Assembly (NCBI RefSeq): GCF_000181795.1
Contig: NW_003526945.1
Span: 2,859,493-2,923,492 of the forward strand
Origin: Trichinella spiralis
Taxonomy: Eukaryota
Direction of reading: 5' to 3'
Length of the DNA: 64,000 nt
Both the position numbers and the translations under genes were made by a program. Of this stretch, positions 39,308 through 48,000 are shown in pieces. The notes below the pieces were generated by a model that searched no databases, had not been told where the DNA came from, and saw nothing but the letters and a program-made list of their open reading frames with translations. Each line of letters starts with the position of its first letter. Position 1 is the stretch's first letter.

Positions 39308-40482
39308 TCGGGAGTCGGCGGCTTTGTGCACCGACTTCAAGTTTATGACCGATGCAGTAGCATCTCCCGTCGTACCGGCGACGGATAAACTAAAGAAAAT
39401 TCCTGACGGCTCAGCGACTCTGTTGACCCAGTTCCAGCAGAAGTTCCTGAGCGCTTCTGTCAACTGGCTGTCTTATGATGTTGACGTGCAAGCGGTGTAT
39501 GACGAAATGGTGGAGAGCATGGTGTCCGGACACAATGTACCGAGCTCGTAACACCAGCCGTTTGCAATAGAAAAGTCCGGGTAAAGGAGGTAAAGGACAG
39601 GTTCGCCTACGCAGTGCGGTAACGCGTGACCCGGCATGGCTGAAATCTGCGTCAGCGGTTCAAAAGGCGTTCAATTCGGCACCGGCCCATACTGTGAATG
39701 CAATCCTCCGGCGTCCGAATGCCTGTCCTTCCTTTACAGCCACGCAAGTGGCTGACCACTACTTTAATCTCAGACCGGCGGTTACCTCGCTTGCACCCGA
39801 GGTTATTGACATCTTACCTCCGCCCGCCACTGACCACTCGATGCTTGTTGCGGAGTTGAGTGAGTCGGAGGTCTGGGAAAAGATGCAGAAAGCACCCAAC
39901 TCTGCTCCTGGTGCGGACAGGATCACCATTCGTATGGTGCGAGTGGCTGATCCAGGTGCTTTTCTCACCAGGTTCTACCGTGCTTGTTTATCGAAAAAAT
40001 GGGCGCCCCTGCAATGGAAGCAATCCGTGTGCAAGCTCCTTTACAAGGACGAGGATAAGGAACGCCTCGCCAACTGTCGGCCTATCCCCCTGCAACCCGC
40101 CGTAATGTTTGGTAAATGGGTTCGGCAGTACGTGGCACCAACACTAGGGCAGAAGACGTTGTAAGACCAATTTATGCCCGAAGAAGAGGATGCGCCAACC
40201 GTACCACGTGGCATTCTACGTGAGACCAGCAGTGCAACTGTTATAGAACCTGAGGAGGTCTCTGCTCCTGTTCCAGCTAGAGCTGTTCCAGCTGCTCAGC
40301 AGTTGATCCACCAGATCAGGCAATCGTCTCTTGCTGCACGTACGACCCGCTGAATTATGACGTAGACAGCTCGTGTTACCTCCGAGCACAACTTCGTCAT
40401 GGAAGTTGCTATACAATAGGCAGGACGCACTAACGCACAGCTTGCCATCAGTTGGTTAGACATCTCCAACGCCTTTGGCACA

Positions 40483-42723
40483 GTGTCGCACCAAGTTTTG
40501 TTTTCGTTGTTGGATCGTTATGGGCTGGACCCGACGTTTACCAGTTTTATCAAGAATTTGTACAAAGACGCGACAATTGTTGTCAAAGGCGCCAATGGAA
40601 CCCACGTTACCGCGCGCTGGTCAGTCGGAGTACGCCAAGGTGACCCTTGCAGTGGTATCTTGTTTTGTCTGTTTGTTGAGCCACTCTTGCGGTCAGTCTT
40701 ACCTGCTTTACCGCGTGAGGCGGAAACGACTGCGGTTAACGTGTTAGGACAGCCGATCACAGCGCTGGCTTACGCTGATGACATCGCGCTGTTCGCCCCA
40801 TCCATCGGGGTTATGCAGCAACAGCTGTGCAAAATCCAGGGCATGGCCAGCGCCATGGGCTTTCGGTTCAACCCGAAAAAGTGCGCGTCCCTGTACTTGA
40901 ATCGTGCAGTAGTGAATGCCGCAACATTCACGATAAGCGGGGAGGAAATACCTGCTCTCGTACACGGGGACACTTTTCGCTATCTTGGAGTAGCCGCTGG
41001 GCTGGGTAAACCCCAGACTCCTTTCTCATTACTGCGTGAGAACCTCGGAGAAGCGGAACTTATATTCCGGTCAAAGCTGGCTCCGTGGCAGAAGATGGAT
41101 GCGTACCGGACTTACGTACTGCCACGTTTGACATTCCAGCTCATGATTGCCAAATTTAACAACATCAAGCAATCAGCCGGGCAGTATGACCGCGCAATAC
41201 TGAGGCTCGTGAAGCGTTGCTTCCAGCTTCCGGTGGAGACGTCCACCGACTTCATAAGAGCCCCCAGACAGTGTGGTGGTCTGGGCGTGCCATCATTGCG
41301 TGAGTTGTACGCAACCGCAAAGGTTTCGCGGGCACTCAAGATGCTCTGGTCTCCCTGTCGGGTAGTCTCGAGCCTGGCAGCCAGTCAGCTTCAGCGAGTT
41401 GCGTCCGCGTACTTTGCGAAGAGGTTGAGAGATGTTGAGGCGGCTGACCTCTCTACCTTCATGAACGCCGCGCGATCTACGCCGCTAGATCGGTCAGGGT
41501 ATCCGACTTGCTTGTGGATGGACGCACGCAAGCAGATGTCGTACCTGACAAAGGTAGCCGGCGTTGACTGTTACTTCCTCGTTGGCGAGGCTGGGACCTC
41601 TTTCTTCATCCGGAATGGCCTCGGTCAGACGGTCTCAGTTCTAAGCCCCTTGAGGAAGAACAAAGTTATGAGCGTTTTAGGGGGGGCGATCCAAACTCGC
41701 CATCTGGACGCCTGGCTCCAATGCAAGCGTCAGGGTAAGACTGCGAGCTGTGTTGTACTCGACCGGTCTTCTTCCCGTTTTATTACGACTGGAAGATACA
41801 CCAGCTTTGCTGCTATGCGCTTTGCGTTGCCCGCTCGCCTGGATTTGTTACCTTGCCGGGCGAGATCCTCTATGCGTTCGTACCAGAACTGTCGGCGATG
41901 TGGTTACGACCGAGAGACCCTGCCGCACATCCTTCAGCACTGTCGGCAGTTCAGCGCCCCCGCTTACCAAGTCCGGCATGACGCAGTTCAGGGACGCCTG
42001 GAAACGGTCATGCGTAGGCGGTTCCCCAACCTCCGCGTAAACCGGGCTCTACCGGAGATTGGGTCGAACAAGCGGCCTGATCTTGTGGTCGTCGACGAGG
42101 AAAAGCGGTTAGTGATTCTGCTAGATGTCGCAATCGTGTTTGAAAACACTGCCGCTGCCTTCGTCGATGCCCGGACCAGGAAGTGGGCGCACTATGAAAA
42201 GGAGATCCTCGCCTACCGGCTACGAGGATACTCCGTGACGTACGACGCCATCGTCGTCGGTGCTCTGGGGACGTGGGACCCGAAGAACGATGCCATCCTG
42301 AAAAGGATCGGTGTCGTCTCCCAAAGGTACCTACGGCTCATGAAGGTTCTCGTGGTGTCCGAGATGTTGGAACATTCTTCACGGATCTACAGAAAACACC
42401 TCGGCCTGCGAGACCTTCTCCCGGACACCGGCACGAAACGGCGACCGGTTGGCACGACGGAGACAGACCCACCCGGTGGTGATCTCCGTCAGAAGAAGCG
42501 CAACTCCATCAGCGCTACGGCATCAGGTGGGAAATGCCTGGAACGGCGGTTCACGTCACCCGTCGGGACGCCCTCGCAGCGTGGTGAGCTGCAGTGCCAA
42601 CCGTGCCCTGGCCCTAGAAGACCCGCCCTCGCTGGAAAAGCGCCTATCCCGCCCAGACTCCAGCCCAGAAAGCCACCCACGCGGCAACACCAGAAGCCGG
42701 TGACGAAGTCTACAGCGCCTTGA
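40483..42723 (+). CDS. Reverse transcriptase (C-terminal part) plus CCHC and restriction-like endonuclease of the retroelement (fragment)
   Basis: 746-aa open frame with QGDP, YADD, YLG, a CCHC knuckle and a PD-D-K-type nuclease. The frame extends upstream only as far as the TAG at 40417. Confidence 0.9.
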   Translation: MSHQVLFSLLDRYGLDPTFTSFIKNLYKDATIVVKGANGTHVTARWSVGVRQGDPCSGILFCLFVEPLLRSVLPALPREAETTAVNVLGQPITALAYADDIALFAPSIGVMQQQLCKIQGMASAMGFRFNPKKCASLYLNRAVVNAATFTISGEEIPALVHGDTFRYLGVAAGLGKPQTPFSLLRENLGEAELIFRSKLAPWQKMDAYRTYVLPRLTFQLMIAKFNNIKQSAGQYDRAILRLVKRCFQLPVETSTDFIRAPRQCGGLGVPSLRELYATAKVSRALKMLWSPCRVVSSLAASQLQRVASAYFAKRLRDVEAADLSTFMNAARSTPLDRSGYPTCLWMDARKQMSYLTKVAGVDCYFLVGEAGTSFFIRNGLGQTVSVLSPLRKNKVMSVLGGAIQTRHLDAWLQCKRQGKTASCVVLDRSSSRFITTGRYTSFAAMRFALPARLDLLPCRARSSMRSYQNCRRCGYDRETLPHILQHCRQFSAPAYQVRHDAVQGRLETVMRRRFPNLRVNRALPEIGSNKRPDLVVVDEEKRLVILLDVAIVFENTAAAFVDARTRKWAHYEKEILAYRLRGYSVTYDAIVVGALGTWDPKNDAILKRIGVVSQRYLRLMKVLVVSEMLEHSSRIYRKHLGLRDLLPDTGTKRRPVGTTETDPPGGDLRQKKRNSISATASGGKCLERRFTSPVGTPSQRGELQCQPCPGPRRPALAGKAPIPPRLQPRKPPTRQHQKPVTKSTAP

Positions 42724-42855
42724 TCCGTCCCGAACCAACGGAACCACATTGCTGAGTGACTTCGATTTTGCTTTTGCTCTTTCTGTATTTAATTTTAATT
42801 ACTAACAATTCAGTTCTGAAACTGTTTTGTATTCATTTGAAGATCCAAATAAAAA

Positions 42856-43012
42856 TCTGTTCTTATCAGCTTAATTTCTGGTATGAATCCCAAGTGGATT
42901 CGTTACGAAATTTGCATAAGTTTTTGAAAAATTAGGCATTTGGTCGAGTGCTCGCACCACCATTTGTCGCGGGTCGTCCTGATATTGCACTACATTCAGG
43001 AACGGCCTATTC
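42856..43012 (+). ncRNA. U2: U2 snRNA 3' portion (from about nt 39 to the end), copy 3
   Basis: Nearly identical to 34766-34922. Stem IIa TATCAG/CTGGTA (42864-42883), stem IIb GAATCC/GGATTC (42885-42901), Sm-like AAGTTTTTGA (42918-42927), and stem-loop IV with loop TATTGCACTACAT. Confidence 0.87.
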
Positions 43013-43578
43013 CCTTCGGGGAATTGTATTTTAGGAATTGGAAGTGGAACGGTTGCGATCGGTCGAGTGGTTCGTGAGATCGAGTGACAGCCGGGTGGCA
43101 GCGGCAATGTGTAGTGCGAAGACACCAGCCTTGAAGTCGGGTCGCCGTCGCGGAAAGGAGGTCAACTGTGAAGGCCAAATCGAACGGGTAGAAAGACGGC
43201 GTGGATCTCGCAATAGTACGAGCGCAACGGACCTTGGTACGAGGATGGTTACGCGTGGGCGAAAGAAGTTGATGGAGGCGTCGGTTCGTGAAGCGGGTCA
43301 CCACGATGGAGTAACGACGAGTGCCTAGGTCGTCGACGTGGTGAATAATGGAAAGAAGCGTATTGCTCCACAGAATACGTTTAAAGATGTGTGGCGCAGG
43401 AGAAGAGCTCCGGAACCGAAAGCCGGAACCGAAGTCCAAACCCGAGCCACCCGTCCCGAATCAACGGTCTGGTTGTGCTGGAAGATATTGTTATGACTTG
43501 TGATCTTTTTGTATTTAAATTTGGCTCTTTTTAGGAAATCAGTTTCTACTATTTTGTACTTTAAAGTTCCAATAAAAA
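43013..43578 (+). mobile_element. Short internally deleted derivative of the retroelement (unit D)
   Basis: Head nearly identical to unit A up to ~43304, then a diverged stretch through GAGAAGAGCTCC into a tail with CCCGTCCCGAA and a T-rich 3' UTR ending CCAATAAAAA. Confidence 0.75.
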
Positions 43579-43733
43579 TCTGTTTTTATCAGCTTACTTT
43601 CTGGTATGAATATGTTATCGGCTTCGTTAGAAACTTGCATAAGTTTCTACGAAAATACACATTTTGTAGCGTGCTTGCACCGTCATTTTCGCGAGTCGTC
43701 CTGATATAGCACTACATTCAGGAACGGCCTATT
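43579..43733 (+). pseudogene. U2 snRNA 3' portion, copy 4 (diverged)
   Basis: TCTGTTTTTATCAGCTTACTTTCTGGTATG...GTCGTCCTGATATAGCACTACATTCAGGAACGGCCT. Stem IIb and the Sm region are degraded. Followed by a decayed element head (~43734-43900). Confidence 0.75.
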
Positions 43734-43984
43734 TCCTTCGGGGAACTAGTGATCGAAGTATTTGGAATAGCACTTGGACGATTACAAGTTGTTCTTGAGA
43801 TCGATTGCCAGGCGGGTGGCAGCTGCGATTTTCATTGCAGAGACAGCAGCATTGAAGCAGCGCTTCCGTCCAGTTAAAAAGGTAACTGCCGCTGCCCTAG
43901 TGGCTCCATCGAATGGTATTTCGATGGAGAAAAAAGGACAGCGTTAATGTCACTCAATTCGTTTGAGTACATGCGCATCAGACC

Positions 43985-44365
43985 TGCGGACTCTTCGACA
44001 CGGCAACGTAATCGCAAAGATCGCACCGAACTCCATGCAAATTTTCGCTCTCTCCCAATTTCCGGGTTATCTCCCACCGGCTAAGACAACTGCGAACGTG
44101 AGTGTTCACAACGCGGAGGGGATATTGGTGGTCTGTCGGCAAGAATTCCGTATTACAATTACGACATCTGTATTGCCACTGGAAGCTGTGGCAACTGTGG
44201 CCTCTGACAAAGTGTCGAGTCAATGTTTGGTGCGCAAATTGGTCATCTGGTCTTACGGCCGAATACGGTTTCTCGCATCCCAGTGGGCAGACCACCGCCT
44301 GGGCAACTGGGAAAGTTGCCCGTACAGTCACCGGTTCTTTGGAGAACTTCGAGGTCGTGCAGTTC
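43985..44365 (-). mobile_element. Inverted fragment of the retroelement zinc-finger region
   Basis: Minus strand encodes VTVRATFPVAQAVVCPLGCEKPYSAVRPD...CRNC...CDLCDYVAVSK, matching ~38580-38955. Confidence 0.85.
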
Positions 44366-44388
44366 TTCATTAGACCTGCATCAGAATA

Positions 44389-45070
44389 TTCGTCGAAAAT
44401 TTGCCCGCGTAGTCTCTTTTTGCTCACGTCAAACGTGATTGGTAGATACGGAATTTACCAATTGCTGGGTGGAGTCTCTTTTAGCTCACGCTGGCCAATG
44501 TTTATTCTGTACTGTAACACTGCTGACTGTGATTCTAACATTTTTCATATTTGAATTGTTTTCCATTTTCCACTTTCTATTTCAATTAAATTTTTCATAT
44601 CTGATTTGTTTTACATTTTCTAATTTCCAAATTGAACAGTGTTAGAATATATCATAAAATTTGATGAGGTAGTAGAGTTGATAATATTGGAATTATTGAA
44701 AATGCAATTAAAATTATTTAAAATTGGAATGTGATTATTTTGAAAACTGATACGGATAATATTGCAGCCAATTGACAATTAGAAGTAATTAACGAATGAA
44801 ATATTACAATATATCAAAAAATGGATCTTCGACTAATGTAACCGAATGAAAAGCATTTGAATAACATCGAATGATCGTTAGACAAGTCTCGTTTGCAAAT
44901 AACGGCCGGCGTGAGCTAAAAGAGACTCCGTCGAGCAATTGGAAAATTCCGTGCCTAGCAATCATGTTCGGCGTGAGCGAAAAGAGACCATCGAACAATT
45001 GAAAATTTCGTATCTACCAATCACGTTTGGCGTGAGCGAAAAGAGACTACGCGGGCACATTTTCGACGAA
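44389..45070. mobile_element. Foldback/MITE-like element with long inverted arms built of ~60-bp subrepeats
   Basis: 44389-44496 is the reverse complement of 44904-45070, except that the right arm has one extra ~60-bp unit (core GCGTGAGC(T/G)AAAAGAGAC three times versus twice). The spacer is AT-rich and ~400 bp. No clear TSD was seen. Confidence 0.55.
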
Positions 45071-48000
45071 ATGCGAAGCGACACACCACCACGCTAGTAT
45101 AAACGTAGTCGTGGCAGGCGAGCGACCGCAGTTCTCGTTTGACGTTGTGTTCAGTGCGATGATTGTGTTGCGCCGTTCATGTGTGTGTGTGCGGGCGTGT
45201 TTATGAGAAGCTTTTGATCTTTGTCAACTAATGATCATTTACATCCTGCGTATTACATTATTTATATGCACGGGTGGATGGGTTCCAGCGAAAATGGAAA
45301 GTAGTGATATGTTGCTGGTTAATCCATTTGTGTATTCGATTGGTGGAGAAGTGCAGTAAAGTAGTTTTGTCAGTGGAACAAAAGTCAGTTGCTATAAATA
45401 TGAAAAAAATGCAGTCGACAACGATCAAATGAAGAAGGGATGACGTCACTATCTTGGATTGTCGCTATCTTGGATAATTCATCATCACTTTTCACGGGCA
45501 ATTCCGTTCGACAAAACGGCAACCAGTAATCACGAACGAGCAGAACAGCCACTTCAACGCAATCCACCTGTGTCTAAGCTCAGAGCGAGAACCGAACTTA
45601 TATTTCAAAGTTGTTAGATCTTTGTCGTTATATGATTACTTGTAAATACGTTTATTTGTCTTTGGGCATTTGTTTTATTGCATAACTATCGGTAATGGCC
45701 TATTCTGTGCTGTGCTGTTTGGAAGTGGTGCAAGTTGATGAAAATTTGTTTTTGATCAATAAATTTCACTGAGAATTACACTTGCCTGAGTTTATTTTTA
45801 TCTTTGTCTGTTGCTGCACATGTAGAAGCTGGAAATTTCTGATTGTGTGCAACGAATGAAGCTATCGTTGTTGTTATCATGTCTACTTAACCACCGGGTG
45901 AGTGCAGAGGAACGACGCCCGCAAGATGTACATGCAGTTGAGAACAACCGGCAGGCACTTTGTCAGATTATCACAATTCATTACAGTTGATGCGGAAAAT
46001 GTAAAATGAATTTTTAATGCATAATATTCAAAATATTAAAAGCAAAACAAAGCTGACATCCAAACAAGTTACTTTCGAAATAATTTACAAACGTCAGTGT
46101 TGTTCGTTGAATTTCAGTACAAGGAAAGTACAAATATTGGGTTCATTTTATGAAATCTACAGCCTTTTTAGAGGAAAAATGATTTTCAAATCTGTAAAAA
46201 AATTTGTAAGATGTAGTATATTAGATTTTCACCGAAATGATCCACTTTTCATCATTTTTTGAGACTGTAATTTGTAAAAGTAAAGATTGTTATTGATTGA
46301 GATGACCGTGGGAAAGTTTTTCTTTTTTTTTCTTTTGTTTTTTTAATTTTAATTTTTCCTTTTTTTTAAAACTAATCTACAGTCTGTATAATGTTGTCTA
46401 ATAATTTCAAAAGAGTGTACAGTTAGTTCATTTCCATCAGCTGAGGATACTGTAGGAGAAGTTCGTTCTTCATTTTATTTTTTTGTCCTGAAATTGCGTC
46501 ATGGTTTTTGCCGCATTTTATTACCAAGAATCCTTTACATCAGTTCTACGGCTCTGTGAGAATTCTTTTTCTTGTTTTATTTTTTTTAAGTTTTCTTTTT
46601 TTTCTTCAAATTAACGCGCTTGAAATTTTCAATTCTCTCTGATGTTTATAATTATTATAATGTTGTTGTTGTTTGTTTTTGCATATCATCGTCAGTGAGC
46701 CTTTGGCAGCAATTTTGATAACATTCCATTGTTTATCGTTTGAAAATTTGCCGTTTTGTGTATTTGCCGCATTTTATCGTCAACAAGCTATAATTATTAT
46801 TGTTATAATTATTGGTATGGGCATGTTAAGTGAACTAGACATTTTGATGCTTTTCAATTTTTTTCATTTATTTTTCCTCGACATTAACGTCCCAATTTGC
46901 GTCTTTGTTACGAAGCTTACATCTGCTTTCACGTTTCAGTTTTCCTTTGAATCAAAAGAATCCAACTATTTGCAATTTTGCGCTACTTTTCCCCCCTCCA
47001 ATCGCATCCATTTTCTAGGAACCCGTTCAGATTGTCGGACAATTGTAAAATGAAATTTCAGAATTCGTTTTTGTTCATTTACATTTTGTAACAGTATGCA
47101 CGCATTTTATTTCTGAAAAAAGCCAGCCGTTGGTAAAGGATTGAAAATAATTGCTCTTTCATTTCACAAAACAACGCTGAAAGATGCACCTTTTACTGTG
47201 ATTCTTTGCATTTCATCGCAGATATCTTATCTGTGGGCGTTCAAAAATCCCTCAAGAAACATTCGTTCTTAAAAGTTCATTTTCATTTACTTCTATGGAA
47301 AATAGACAGTCGAGCTTGAATTTAAATTCTTTTGATTCTCGTAAGCGCATTTTTTCACATTTTCACTAGCAATGCTAACTTCACTTACTGTCGAATTATA
47401 AATGAATCACGCTGATAGAGTCATTTTAAGATGTTGTCATTTATTCAATTCAACATAAAATGTATCAAGGAAAAATAATTAAAAAACTAAATCCAACTGA
47501 TAAAAAATTCTTACCTCGATCGGGAACACGTTGCCTAAAATCACGGGTCTGTCAGTGGAAAATTGTCTTGTTAGGCGTCGCCATTGACGAGCTGAATTTT
47601 AGATCAAGCTTAAAAATGAATTTTTCCCTTCAACATTTTATCACTTGAAAAGTATCGTAAAGTGTTTTTTCCTTGAACGATTTTGAAAAATAGTAAACAA
47701 AATTGGGAAACTTGATTTTCACTTGTGACACTACAGTCACTGGTGAAAATTTCAAACTGGGCATTATGTACGGCGTGAAAATTTTTACGTTTTTTACGTG
47801 AAGAAATTATGATATGATTTTTATTTTAAAAGAGAAAAAGTAGCTTGTGTAATGAATTATTAGTAATATTGTCCGGGTAATGTGGAGTAAGTATATCGCG
47901 TTTGATGTGCTGTGTGAAACGACTTGCACATTCAACTCTCTGATTTGTCAAAGTTGACCATGCAAGTAGTGTAATATGAACTGTTTTGATGATCGGGTTG

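Larger units (their letters stand above)
37853..42855 (+). mobile_element. Near full-length, defective RLE-type non-LTR retrotransposon (Utopia-like, NeSL/R2 group), unit C
   Basis: N-terminal zinc-finger-like motifs (CPLGC..HFMRVH, CRNC..HVRSC, CDLCDY..HRRRH). RT motifs SAPGADRI, WLDISNAFGTVSH, GVRQGDPCSG, LAYADD, FNPKKC, FRYLG. C-terminal CCHC (CRRC..ETLPHILQHC), RHD and RPDL..LDVAI..K restriction-like endonuclease. The 3' UTR ends AATAAAAA directly on U2 sequence. Disrupted by frameshifts, deletions and an in-frame TAG at 40417-40419. Confidence 0.92.

Noticed and set aside
37853..42855. Assignment to Keno (U2-targeting, Tx1 clade) or to R2 or NeSL proper
   Set aside because: Keno uses an N-terminal APE endonuclease, whereas this element has a C-terminal restriction-like nuclease. 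The flank is U2, not 28S rDNA or spliced-leader RNA.
42930..43060. HDV-like ribozyme at the element 5' end, using the UUCG hairpin as P4
   Set aside because: I found no convincing P1/P2/P3 pairing or catalytic-C J4/2 segment, and the upstream stems are fully explained by U2 stems III and IV.
34766..43733. Calling the U2 pieces intact U2 genes
   Set aside because: All lack the first ~38 nt, including the U6-pairing and branch-point-recognition sequence, and have element tails rather than promoters upstream.
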